Origin: Pelagomonas calceolata
Taxonomy: Eukaryota
Direction of reading: 5' to 3'
NCBI GenBank assembly: GCA_918797485.1
Contig: CAKKNE010000004.1
Coordinates: 5,208,001 to 5,272,000 of the forward strand
DNA: 64,000 nucleotides
The notes beneath the pieces are model-generated. The model was not told where the DNA came from, ran no database searches, and worked only from the letters and a program-made list of their open reading frames with translations. The position numbers and the translations under genes were made by a program. Below, piece by piece: positions 1 through 9,981 of the stretch (the stretch's first letter is position 1; each line of letters starts with the position of its first letter).

Positions 1-163
1 TTCTTCACTAAGTCATTCCTCGGCGACGACCCGGCCGTCCTAGCTCGGTCGAGCGGTGAGGAACCGGCATCGCCACGCCGTTGAGCAGGCGTCGCGTCGA
101 TGGCGTGCAGGTCGACGCGACGATTCAACACGAACGCGCCGTAAAATTTTGATTTCCGCACAG
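1..163 (+). mobile_element. Introner copy 1 (5' part outside window)
   Basis: Reverse-orientation match to the 55511-55713 element; ends GTAAAATTTTGATTTCCGCACAG at 163, after which coding sequence resumes (GC ATG GAC GAG...). Confidence 0.9.
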
Positions 164-934
164 GCATGGACGAGGAGACCTCGGACGCGACGATCCAGTC
201 CGAGAGCCCCGGGCCGCGGGCGCCGGCGGACAGAGGTCCCATTTTAAACAGCGCGCGCGCCTGCTGTCTCCCCGACTGTCGGGCGGCGGACGTCGCGGTC
301 GTCGCCTTCTGGCTCGTGTCTGTGTGGAAATCAAATTTACGGCGCTTTCCTCCTGAATCGACGCGTCGACCTTCACGCCATCAACGCGACTGCTCGATGG
401 CGTGGCGGTGTCGGTTCCCCACCGCTCGACGGAGCCAGCGCGGCCACGTCATCGCCGAGAAATGACTTATGTGTCGATATCGCCCTCGCCTCGAACCTGG
501 CGCTCGCAAACAGCGCCTACATACCCTACGCCGTCCCGACGACGTTCGTCGTCGTCGTGAGCTGCGTGACGGCCCTCTGGTTGCTAGTGCGGGTCTTCAC
601 ACGGGGCAGCCGCGCCATCTCGACCACGGGAGCGACCTACTTGGATCTGCACCTCTTTTGCGTCTACATCGCGGGCGTCGCGCTCGTGATCGCAATCGTG
701 TTGGGTCTCACGCTCGGGCCCGACAAGGCGCGCAAAGTTTCGCGACGTTACGACGACGAGGGCGCCGGCGACGACGAGCGCGTCTTTCGCGAGGGCGCGT
801 ACGTTCGCTGCGGGCTCCTCGCGTTGGTCCTCGCGGTCTTCGGCCTCGGCGTCCGGCTTCGTAGGGTCGCCGGCGCGCCCACGACGCGCCGGCTCGTGTC
901 GAGGTCCATCGAACTCACGTCGCACGCGAGTTAG
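164..934 (+). CDS. 3' part of a multi-pass membrane protein of unknown function, interrupted by introners
   Basis: ORF 166-315 (..DVAVVAFWL) joins the frame of ORF 557-934 (CVDIALASNL..hydrophobic helices) if a phase-2 intron from 312 or 318 to AG 459 or 513 is removed. Confidence 0.6.
320..469 (+). mobile_element. Introner copy 2, right TIR deleted
   Basis: Starts CTGTGTGGAAATCAAATTTAC and follows the consensus to GAGAAATGACTTA; the right end and most of the right TSD are missing. Confidence 0.85.
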
Positions 935-1058
935 GATCGAGTTAGGGAGCTACCTCCTCCCCTCCTGCTCCCGTCGTCCCCCAGGCTGCCCGTCCCCCCA
1001 GGCTCCGTGGCATCCTCTAATCGTCGTGTTGCATATCCATACTTGCTTCGGAACTCTT

Positions 1059-1080
1059 GCTAGTGTCTTACAGCGCTAGC
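1059..1080 (+). promoter_or_regulatory. Recurrent upstream motif GCTAGTGTCTTACAGCGCTAGC
   Basis: 55 bp upstream of ATG 1136; near-identical copies lie upstream of other genes. Confidence 0.55.
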
Positions 1081-1135
1081 ACACGCTCCTGAGCGCGGCT
1101 ACGCCAAGGACTCTGCAGCGCCGCTCCAAACTAAA

Positions 1136-2959
1136 ATGGACATCCGCAAGCAGCAGAAGCAGGCCATCCTGAAGATGTTAGCATTAAACGAGGACGACGA
1201 GACGTCCGCCGAAGCGCCCATCGACTGGAAGGTCCTGATCCTCGACGAGCCCTGCCGCGAGCTCCTGGCGCCGCTCGTGAGCGTCAACGAGCTGCGCGCC
1301 CGCGGCGTGACGCTGCACGCGCCCATCGAGTCGCCGCGCGACGCGCTGGGCGACGTGGCCGCCGTGTACCTGTGCCGACCGAGCGCAGCCAACGCGGCTC
1401 GTATCGCTAAAGACGCGGCGCAGGCCTTGTATGGGGCGCTCCACTGCAACTGGAGCCGCCGCGCGGAGCGCAAGGTCCTGGAGGGCTTCGCGCGGGAGCT
1501 CGCGGCGGCGCCGCCGCGCGAGGGCCTGCCGGCGGCCGAGGACCTCGTGCGGAGCGTCTGGGACCGGCACGTCGACTTCGTCGCGCTCGAGCCGCGGCTC
1601 TTCCACCTCAGGTTACAAAGGAGGCTCAAGGAGGTCTGCGGCGCGGGCCTCGCGGCGCCGGAGCGGGTCCTGGAGGAGGTCGCCGAAGAGGTCGCGGCGG
1701 GGCTCTTCTGCGCGTGCGCCGCCGTCGGCGCCGCGGCGCCCGTCGTGCGCGCGCGGCCGGGGGGCTGCGCCGCGCGGGCCGCGGCCAAGCTGCACGCCCG
1801 GCTCCACGACGAGTGGCGGCGCCGCGGCGGCGCCGCGGCGCCGGCGCCGCCGACGGGCGCCGCGCGGCCGCTCGTCGTGCTCCTGGACCGCGCCGACGAC
1901 CTCGCGGCGCCGCTGCGCCACGCCGAGACGTACCAGGCGCTGGTGGACGACGTGCTGGACCACCGGGGCGGGCGCGCGACCTTCGTCGACAACGACGCGT
2001 CGAGGACCGTGGATTTGCGCGTCGACGAGGACGCCTTCTACGCGCAGCACGCGGCGCGGAGCTTTCCCGACGTCATCGACGCGTCCGCCGACGCGCTGGC
2101 GCAGCTCCGCGCGCGCGAGAACGCGCTGCGGGCGCGGGGCGGCGGCGAGGCCGACGGCCTCGCGGAGACGGTCGGCGAGCTGCCGCGCCTGCTGGAGCGG
2201 AAGAAGCGGCTGGAGCTGCACACGGCCGTGCTCGGGGCCGTCATGAAGCAGGTCGTCGCGCGCGAGGTGCCGCGCTACGCCGAGGCCGAGGAGCCGCGCG
2301 CGGCCGCGGCGGACGTCGAAGGGTTGTTGGGCGAAGGGGCCAAGGGCACCGTCGACGACAAGCTGCGGCTGCTCGGCGTCGCGGGCCTGCAGGGCGGCCT
2401 CGACGACGACGCCTTCGCGGCGCTCGCGGCGGCGGCGGGCTGCGCCGAGGGCCCGGACCGGGCCCGCCTCGCGCGCGGCGTCGCGGCCATTGGGGAAGCG
2501 CGGAAGCTCGCCGCCGCGGCGCCGGCGCCCGTCGCCGAGGCGGCCGACGACGAGGGCCTGGCGAGCGTGCTGGCCAAGGCCCAGGCCGGGGCCAAGACCG
2601 TGGCCGCGGCGGCCGCGTCCAAGGTCGGGAGCCTGCTGTCGCGGGCGTCGGCGCTGCAGGCCGTGCGGGCCGTCGGGAACCTCTTCGAGGCGCGGCCCGG
2701 CACGGAGCACGACACCTGGTTGGAATTGGACGCGAAGGTCGGGCCCGCCGCCTACGCGACCGACGCCGCGCCGCCGAAGCTGCCGGCCGCCGAGACGCCG
2801 CTCGACGCCATCGTCTTCCACGTCGGCGCCGGGTCGTACCTCGAGCACCACGCCTTGCAGCGCGCCTTCGCCGAGGGGCCGCGGACGGTGTGCTACGGGG
2901 CCGCGGACCTCGCGGACCCGACGGCGTTCCTCGAGGAGATCATGGAGCTGGGGGCTTGA
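1136..2959 (+). CDS. SLY1: Sec1/Munc18 family protein, SLY1/SCFD1-like
   Basis: N-terminus IRKQQKQAILKMLALN, WKVLILD, LVSVNELRARGVTLH, LVVLLDR..DL..PLRH..TYQALVDDVL, ELPRLLERKKRLELH. Confidence 0.88.
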   Translation: MDIRKQQKQAILKMLALNEDDETSAEAPIDWKVLILDEPCRELLAPLVSVNELRARGVTLHAPIESPRDALGDVAAVYLCRPSAANAARIAKDAAQALYGALHCNWSRRAERKVLEGFARELAAAPPREGLPAAEDLVRSVWDRHVDFVALEPRLFHLRLQRRLKEVCGAGLAAPERVLEEVAEEVAAGLFCACAAVGAAAPVVRARPGGCAARAAAKLHARLHDEWRRRGGAAAPAPPTGAARPLVVLLDRADDLAAPLRHAETYQALVDDVLDHRGGRATFVDNDASRTVDLRVDEDAFYAQHAARSFPDVIDASADALAQLRARENALRARGGGEADGLAETVGELPRLLERKKRLELHTAVLGAVMKQVVAREVPRYAEAEEPRAAAADVEGLLGEGAKGTVDDKLRLLGVAGLQGGLDDDAFAALAAAAGCAEGPDRARLARGVAAIGEARKLAAAAPAPVAEAADDEGLASVLAKAQAGAKTVAAAAASKVGSLLSRASALQAVRAVGNLFEARPGTEHDTWLELDAKVGPAAYATDAAPPKLPAAETPLDAIVFHVGAGSYLEHHALQRAFAEGPRTVCYGAADLADPTAFLEEIMELGA

Positions 2960-2992
2960 TTGCTCTCCGGGCTAAGGATCACTAAACAATAC

Positions 2993-4615
2993 TTAGAGCG
3001 TCCGCGCCGTCACCGCCGCCGTGATCGCGACGTAGGCCGAGAACACGAGCGCCGCCTGTCCAGCCCCGAAACATGGGGGATGGCCGCGCGCGATGGGCGC
3101 GAGGCACGCGCCCCAGAACGTAAGACCGATGCCGAAGACGCCCCAGCGCAGCGCGGGATCGCAGTCCAATCCCGAGATGCGTATCGCGCTCTTTGAGGTC
3201 GCGTTGTGGATCGTGAAGGGCAGACCGACGCCGAGCAGCACGGTCACGACCTGCACGCCCAGCACCGTGGAGACCGCGGCGCGGCCGCGACCCTGCGCCG
3301 CGACGGCCGCCGAAACGAGGACGTCGGGGATGGCATAGACCGCGGGCAAAAACACGGCGCCGGCGAAGCCCAGCGGCAGTCGCGCCGCGAGCGCGAGGAG
3401 ATCCGCGAGGCGCGTCAGCACGAGGAGCAGGAACACGAGCCACAGCGCCGACCCCAGCAAGGTCGGCGCGGCCGCCCGGATCGCGCCGCGCAGCTCGGAC
3501 CCGGCGTTGCCGCCGTCCGGCAGCGCGGGCGGCAGGCACGCGTGCGACAGGCGCAGGAACCGCTCCCGCATCCCCCGCCGCGGCGCCGCGGCGTCGCGGT
3601 CGTCCTCGTCCGCCGCGGGCGTCGCGGGCCACTCGTGCGCGTTCGACCGCTTCGACGGCGTGCGCACCACGAGCTCCACGCCCTCCTCGACGTCGTCCGG
3701 CGCCGGCCGCCGCTTCCTCGGGCCGCGCAGGCAGCAGAAGACGTGCAGCGCCCACAGGCCGAGCAGGGCGAGCGACTCGCCCAGCGTCGCGCGGCCGTCG
3801 CGCACGACGACGAGCAGCGCGGCGAACGCCGCCAGCGCGAACGCTCCGTCCCGAAGCACGGGCAGGCGGTCGAGTTCGAGGGGGAGGGCGTGCTTCGCCC
3901 GCGCGGCGGCGAGCGCGACGATCGCGGGCAGCAGCCCGAAGTTCACGACGCCCGAGCCGAGCACGAAGTTCAGCCCGACGCCGACGCGGCCCTCGACGGT
4001 CTCGACCGTGGAGAAGAGCACCTCGAAGCCGCCCGTCGCGAGGGCCAGGACCGTCGCGCCCGCGGCGTCCTCGGTCATCTGCGCCGCGCGGCACAGGCGC
4101 CGCAGCGCCGGCAGCGTCCGCTCCTCCAGGAGGAGGCCCATCCAGAGCGTCAGCGCGACCAGCAGGAGGAGGTACACGGGCGCCATGCCGCGGTACGCGA
4201 GCCAGCCGTAGTGCCGCCTTGTCACGCGGGCGCGCGCCCTTTCCACGCGAGCGGCGCTCGCCGCGGCGCCGCTCTTGTGGTGCAGGCCCGCGGAGTGCGT
4301 GCGCACGTAGTGCCCGAGCCGGTAGAGCCGCGCGTGCTTCGTCAGGTAGTTCTTGGCCTGCTTCGTCAGCGACACGCGCGGCTTCTTGCGCCGCCGGAGC
4401 TGCGGGTTCGACTCCGGTCCAATCGGTTCGTTCAGGATCGGGTCCGCGTCGAGCGCGGCGCCGCCGCCGCGCTCGATGGCAATGACGACCGCGAACGCGC
4501 AGAGCAGGCCGACGAACCACAGGCGCCACGGCGGTGGTGGCGGCGGTTGTTGCTGCTGGGGGCGCGGCGAGGATGGGCGCGGCGACTTCGTCGTTGTGCG
4601 CACCGGCGAGCGCAT
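2993..4615 (-). CDS. Cation/Ca2+ exchanger (Na_Ca_ex family)
   Basis: Alpha-1 repeat AGATVLALATGGFE..GLNFVLGSGVVN and alpha-2 AGAVFLPAVYAIPD..AVSTVLG..LLGVGLP; multiple TM segments. Confidence 0.8.
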   Translation of the reverse strand: MRSPVRTTTKSPRPSSPRPQQQQPPPPPPWRLWFVGLLCAFAVVIAIERGGGAALDADPILNEPIGPESNPQLRRRKKPRVSLTKQAKNYLTKHARLYRLGHYVRTHSAGLHHKSGAAASAARVERARARVTRRHYGWLAYRGMAPVYLLLLVALTLWMGLLLEERTLPALRRLCRAAQMTEDAAGATVLALATGGFEVLFSTVETVEGRVGVGLNFVLGSGVVNFGLLPAIVALAAARAKHALPLELDRLPVLRDGAFALAAFAALLVVVRDGRATLGESLALLGLWALHVFCCLRGPRKRRPAPDDVEEGVELVVRTPSKRSNAHEWPATPAADEDDRDAAAPRRGMRERFLRLSHACLPPALPDGGNAGSELRGAIRAAAPTLLGSALWLVFLLLVLTRLADLLALAARLPLGFAGAVFLPAVYAIPDVLVSAAVAAQGRGRAAVSTVLGVQVVTVLLGVGLPFTIHNATSKSAIRISGLDCDPALRWGVFGIGLTFWGACLAPIARGHPPCFGAGQAALVFSAYVAITAAVTARTL

Positions 4616-4950
4616 GGTCTGGCCTTTTTTGTGACGCCGCGCGCTTGCTTGTGATGGCTTTTTTGCGGGCAGCCCGAAGGTTGTGGCTGCTGCCCTTCTG
4701 CCGGAAGCCCTCGTCAGAGCTGCTTGCGCTCAGCCAGAGTTATGCTCGTGCGCTTATAATGCGTAGTAGAGCGGCTCTGGGGCAGCTATTTGCTCGACCG
4801 GCGGCGTGCCCGGGCCTCACTTTTTGAGTCAAAATTCGGGTTCGGATTTTTTGAGCAGCTGTTTGAGTATCGTCCGGTTAACTACTGGTCCGAAGATCAA
4901 TGGGACACTTACCGGGGGCCAAAGAAAGAAATCACACGACAAAATGAAAA

Positions 4951-6177
4951 TCAAGACGATGAGCCGGAGGGCCGCCGGCGCTTCAGCGCCCGAACGGTCT
5001 CAAGCCACGGCGCGAACTCGTCGCCGATCTGCGCGCGGCGCAGCGACTTCCCGACGGCCGCGGCCGCCTCGGGGACGCCGTCGCCGCGCAGGACCGCCCC
5101 GCCCAGCCTCGCGACGCGCGACGCGTGCCGCAACGCGTGGAACGCGTGCAGGTACGGCGCCGCTTTTTCGTCGGAGCGCTCGAGCGCGTCGAACGCGGCG
5201 GCGGACCCGTCGCCGTGAACGGCGGCGAGGGCGCGCCCGAGGTCGGCCGCGGCGGCGGCGTGCGCGCGCGTCGGCCGCCCGCGCCGGCCGCACCTAAAAC
5301 ACGCCGGGCGCCGCAGCAGCCCGCCGCACGCGCAGAGGCGGCCGGCCATCGCGCGCTGCACCGCGGCGGCCGGCGTGCCGTCCCGCCGTTCCGCCCGGCA
5401 GCGCGCGCAGGCGCAATCGAAAAGGTACGTGTCTCGAAGGGACGCCCGGCGCTGCTCGCCCGGCGCGTAGAGCGGCACGTACGCGATGAAGACCTGCTGG
5501 CCCGGCGCGATCGCCGCCCGCGCGATTAGACGCAAGACGGGGGCGCGGCCCGCCTCGATGACGACGACGGGATCGCAGTTCGGCGCGCACGAGTGGTTCG
5601 CCGGCGCCGCGGCCGCGAAGAGGCCGCAGCCGACGCTCTCCTCGCCGAGCTCCAGCGGCGCATGCCGCCACCGATTCGTCTCGGAGACGCCGAACTCGTT
5701 CGACTCGAAGGCCGCCGCGTGGCGCGCGAGGCGCCGCGCGTCGCCGCCGCAGAACGCGGCGGCGCGGGCCGCCGCGGCCTTGAACGCGTCGCGGCGCTCG
5801 GGCCCGTAGGCGTCGTGGTGGTTCTCGAGCGCGTCGAGCTGCTTCGCGACGGCGCCGTCGGCCCGCTCCGCGGCGGCGAGGCGCAGCAGGCTCCGCACGA
5901 GGACCGGCTCGCGCGACGCCGCGCCGCAGACCGACGCGTGCTGCGGGCTCCGTTTGCACGTCGCGCAGAGCACCGCGGCGCATGATTTGTTGCCGCACGG
6001 TTTCGTGGCCGTGTCGGCGAGGCACACGTCGCAGCGCTCGCCTACGAGATGGTCGAGGAGCACTACGGAGTTGCCTGTCGCTTGGCATTCCAAAAGGACG
6101 GTGCCCTTGGCTATGCGCTTTGTGCTTACGAATGCTCTGCCCATGCGTTTCGTGTGTTTGATGGTTACGGATGCCAT
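4951..6177 (-). CDS. SET (SMYD-like) domain lysine methyltransferase
   Basis: GRAFVSTKRIAKG, Cys-rich MYND-like insert, NHSCAPN, IAPGQQVFIAY, YLFDCACARC. Confidence 0.85.
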   Translation of the reverse strand: MASVTIKHTKRMGRAFVSTKRIAKGTVLLECQATGNSVVLLDHLVGERCDVCLADTATKPCGNKSCAAVLCATCKRSPQHASVCGAASREPVLVRSLLRLAAAERADGAVAKQLDALENHHDAYGPERRDAFKAAAARAAAFCGGDARRLARHAAAFESNEFGVSETNRWRHAPLELGEESVGCGLFAAAAPANHSCAPNCDPVVVIEAGRAPVLRLIARAAIAPGQQVFIAYVPLYAPGEQRRASLRDTYLFDCACARCRAERRDGTPAAAVQRAMAGRLCACGGLLRRPACFRCGRRGRPTRAHAAAAADLGRALAAVHGDGSAAAFDALERSDEKAAPYLHAFHALRHASRVARLGGAVLRGDGVPEAAAAVGKSLRRAQIGDEFAPWLETVRALKRRRPSGSSS

Positions 6178-6696
6178 TGTTGGACCGATGCGCAATTGCT
6201 GCCTGATGCATGCACTGGCACTCTGGCGGCACGCTGACACTGCTGGCACTCTGCACTCCGGCACTGCCGTCACTGCTGCCACTGCTCTAACGATTCCACT
6301 ACGATCACGCTTTTTGCGTTGCCCTGTGCGGCTATAGCTGCTCTCTCTGCCGCCGCGTCTCTCTGCCGCTCTCCTGAGTCTGCCTTGGCTGCAAAACGGG
6401 TTTTCGTTTCCGATCGTCATCCGGCTATGAGTCCTTCCGACTCGTTCTTAGAGCGATAGGTAGCTGACAGTACGTGGTGCGTTGGCGACCGACGAACCAA
6501 GGAGCCAATAAAGTGCGCCTCTCTACGTATTGCTCCAAAAGGAGGGCCGGCGTCCGCGTTCGCGCGCCGTGATCAACACTCGTGGTGTGGTGCTAAGAAC
6601 TGTCAGCGCTCGTACGCAACCGCTGCAGCCGCGCCGAGCCGTACCGCCAGTTCCCAGCAGCTGCCCAAGCTTCAAACACCTCCAGCCGAGGCGCTG

Positions 6697-8160
6697 ATGG
6701 CCGCGCTCGAAGAAAAGTTGGCCGCGCTCTCGACGCACCCCCCAAAATTCGCGGTCCGCGGCCGCTTCGTCCACGCGAACGCGCGGCGCGCGGGCCTCAT
6801 CGAGTTCGTCGAGGACGGGCTGATCGTCGTCGAGGACGGCGCCATTATTGCCGTGGCCAAGGACGCGGACCAAATCAAGGCCGTGCTGGCGGAGCACCGG
6901 CCCCAGGACGTCGTCGAGCTGGCCGAGACGGAGTTCCTCGCCCCCGGCATGGTCGACTGCCACGTGCACGCGCCGCAGTACGCCTACTCGGGCACGGCGA
7001 CGGACAAGCCCCTCATGGAGTGGCTCCAGCACTACACGTTCCCCGCCGAGAAGCGGTGCGTCGACGTCGACTACGCGAAGACGCTGTACAGCGCGCTCGT
7101 CGACCGGCTGCTCATGCAGGGCACGACCTGCGTCGCTTTATATGCCACGATCCACGTGCCCGCGACGAACGCGCTCGTCGACATCTGCCTCGAGAAAGGA
7201 TTAAGGGCGGTCGTGGGCAAGGTCTGCATGGACCGGCACGGCGGCGACGGCTACGAGGAGACGACGGCGGAGGCGCTCGCGGGCACGCGGGCCTGCCTCG
7301 ACTACATACGGAAGGCGCAGCCCGGCGCGTCCGGATTATCGCGGCTCGTGCAGCCGTGCGTGATCCCGCGGTTCATCCCGACGTGCACGCCCGAGCTCCT
7401 CGCGGGTTTGGGGGACATCGCGCGGGAATCCGACGACGTCTGGGTCCAGAGCCACGCGTCGGAAGCTCCCGACCAGGTCAAGTTCGTCGACACGCTCCAT
7501 CCCGGAAAGAGGTGCACGGAGATCTTCGAGTCGCACGGGCTGCTGACGGACAAGTGCGTCATGGCGCACTGCGTCTACCTCGAGGACGGCGAGCTCGACA
7601 CCTTCGCGCGCAAGGGCGCCGGCGTCGCGTGCTGCCCCCTGAGCAACGCCATCTTCTCGCTCTCGCCGGGCTGGCACGCGTTCCCGTTCCACAAGGCCCA
7701 CGCCAAGGGCGTGCGCGTGGGCATGGGCACGGACATCGCCGGCGGCTATGCCGCGTCCATCCTCGTGGCCTGCCGCCACGCCGCCGTCGCGTCCAAAGCC
7801 TGTGCAGAAATCAACGTCGCGTCGATGGCGTGGAAGCGTGGGGCGCCCGAAATTTGATTTTCACGCAGGTCTAAGCACGACATGGGCGAGAAGGACGTCG
7901 ACTACAAGGACGCGTTCTGGGCCGCGACGCTCGGCGGGGCCCGCGCCCTGGGCCTGGACACGGTCCTCGGCAACTTCGAGGTGGGCAAGCAGTTCGACGC
8001 GGTGCGCATCAACTGCGAGGCGGGCAACTACGACACGTTCCCCTCGGCGATCCACCCGTGCTGCCCGTCGCGGCTGGAGCACGACTTCGAGAAGTTCGTG
8101 AACCTCGGCGACGACCGCAACATCGCGAGCGTCTACGTCCAGGGCAAGCGGCGCCGCTGA
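6697..8160 (+). CDS. Guanine deaminase (amidohydrolase); exons 6697-7790, 7869-8160
   Basis: PGMVDCHVHAPQY, PRFIPTCT, QSHASE, MAHCVYL, CPLSN, GMGTDIAGG, ATLGGARALGL, GNFEVGKQFDA, GDDRNI; spliced length 461 aa. Confidence 0.92.
7800..7868 (+). mobile_element. Introner copy 3 (subfamily B); intron 7791-7868 GT-AG
   Basis: TIR-like ends CTGTGCAGAAATCAA / TTGATTTTCACGCAG; flanks GTCCAAAGC and GTCTAAGC; splicing restores ..AVA SKHDMGEK. Confidence 0.9.
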
Positions 8161-8290
8161 TCTCTCTCTTGCTGGTCCATATGTCTCACATCGCTGGTGC
8201 ATATCTCCGCTCTCTTGTGTATATGTCCTCCCCCGACCACTCCCCCCTGTTTTAAGATTAATCAGATATAACAAACAGCGCGACTGACTG

Positions 8291-8369
8291 CCACGGGGGC
8301 GGATAGTTCGAGCGGCGTCCGGAGGATATATCCCGCCGGGCGCCGCCGTCATGGATCCGCCAGCCGTGA
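8291..8369 (-). promoter_or_regulatory. SECIS element in the 3'UTR of the selenoprotein gene
   Basis: Minus strand: helix I GGCGGAT/ATCCGCC, core AUGAC...CGAA, 12-bp helix II GGCGGCGCCCGG/CCGGACGCCGCT (one mismatch), apical CG plus mini-stem GGAT/ATCC. Confidence 0.8.
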
Positions 8370-9053
8370 CTAGTCGAGCCGCGCGAGCGCCTCCTCGACG
8401 GCGTCGATCGGTGCGGGCGTGCCCGTCTTCTCTTGGTACGAGTAGATGATTTTGCCGGACTTGTCCACGACCAGGACGCCGCCCAGGAGCAAGCCCTCGC
8501 CGACCATGTTGCCCTCGATGTTCTTCTCCTTCATGCGCCTCCCGACGTCCCGGAACGAGCGGATCGTGCGCCAGGGTAACAGCAAAGCCTTCAACGTGCC
8601 CCCGAGCGTCAAGAGGCGGCGGTTGCCCAGGTACGCGTAGAACGCCTTGTCCTCGTCCAGGTACAATTCGCTGCCCTTGAAGTAGTCCCGCTGGAACTCG
8701 CCGACGCCGAGGACCGTGTCGTTCGCCGCCTGTTTCGTGGGCGCCACCTCCTTGACGACGCCCACCAGTCGCTGCTTGCCGCCGCGGATCGCCACGAGCT
8801 CCGAGAGCCCCAGCGCCTCCTCGCGGCAGAGCGGTCAGCCCGGCCGCCGCACGACGAAGACCAGCGCGCCGTTGTCGCGCCAGAGCGAGGAGGCCTCAAT
8901 TGAGTTGCCGTTAATCGCACCGTTCTTGACCGGCCGCAGCGTCGTCGTCGCGAGGTCGGCGGCCGACATCACCACGCGTCTGCTGATCGACATCTGCCTG
9001 GCGGCGAGGCCCGCAGCGCCTGCTGCCAGCAGGGTGGTGCGGCTGAGGATCAT
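8370..9053 (-). CDS. Selenoprotein U / PRXL2A-like AhpC-TSA redoxin with Sec (UGA at 8835-8837)
   Basis: ORFs 8835-9173 and 8370-8795 are in one frame: VFVVRRPG-UGA-PLCREEA (UxxC), then GNMVGEGLLLGGVLVV; SECIS directly downstream. Confidence 0.88.
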
Positions 9054-9092
9054 CCTTGCAGCAGGCTGCTCAGTCAGTGAGTCCAGCCACCT

Positions 9093-9144
9093 GAGTCCTA
9101 GCACCGACGACCCCGTGCGAGTCCTAGCACCGACGACCCCGTGC
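9093..9144. repeat. Perfect 26-bp tandem duplication in the 5' leader
   Basis: GAGTCCTAGCACCGACGACCCCGTGC x2. Confidence 0.9.
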
Positions 9145-9232
9145 GGCAACTCGATGCGTCTCCTGGAGCACACCCACCCGCACGGATGACCCAGCTACGC
9201 CCAAGGTCGGCGCACCTACGCACGCGATTGCT

Positions 9233-9256
9233 GCTAGCGGCCTGTAACACACTAGC
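9233..9256 (-). promoter_or_regulatory. Recurrent upstream motif (GCTAGTGTGTTACAGGCCGCTAGC on minus)
   Basis: About 180 bp upstream of the minus-strand selenoprotein ATG, same orientation. Confidence 0.5.
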
Positions 9257-9501
9257 CTCGATTGCTTTTTGGCAAGTTTTTGCTGCTCAGCTGCCCAGAG
9301 GGTGGAACGCAGCTCAATTGCTCATAGCAGCACCTTATTGCTCGCAGCGTGACGCCTCGGAGGCGAGTTTCAAGCGATCCAACAATACCCCAATGCAGTC
9401 ACAAGGCCTGAACGCTGCTGGAGCCTCATAACAGCCTAAACGCCGTCGCTGCGCGAGCATACTCGCTGCAGAACACATTCGTCGCCGCGCGAGCACACCT
9501 G

Positions 9502-9957
9502 ATGGAGCGCCGCGCGATTCACGAGGACCCGGACGGCTACTACTTCCGGAGCCCAACCGGCAAGCTCTACGGGCCACTTTCAAGATTTCAGTTCGAGGCG
9601 TGGAGCATGCGCGGCGCGGTCGGGCCGGGCAGTAAGGTGTGGCGCCAGCAGGGCGCACACCACTATCGAGTCGAGATCTCACGGCGCCTCAAATGGCAGA
9701 AACTGCTCTCGGTGCGAAGCTGCGGCGCGATGAGCGACTGGCTCATGACGTTCATCAGCGTCGTCTCGCTTGTCTTCCTCTTCTCCCTCAAAAAGCTGCG
9801 CGACGACCTGCGGAAGGAGCTGCGGGGGCACGCGGCGACGGGCGTTTTCCTCTTTCTCTTGTTCGCCGCGACGGTCGTGCTGTCGGTGAGCGCGATGCGC
9901 AAGCTCTCGAAGCGCGTCGTCACCGAATCGACGGATATTTTCGACCACGAGGTCTAG
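9502..9957 (+). CDS. Small membrane protein with GYF_2/DUF4339-like N-terminus
   Basis: YYFRSPTGKLYGPLS..W...G.V.P.SKVWRQ pattern followed by two TM helices. Confidence 0.6.
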   Translation: MERRAIHEDPDGYYFRSPTGKLYGPLSRFQFEAWSMRGAVGPGSKVWRQQGAHHYRVEISRRLKWQKLLSVRSCGAMSDWLMTFISVVSLVFLFSLKKLRDDLRKELRGHAATGVFLFLLFAATVVLSVSAMRKLSKRVVTESTDIFDHEV

Positions 9958-9981
9958 TTAATTTTGTTTTGTGATTATTCG

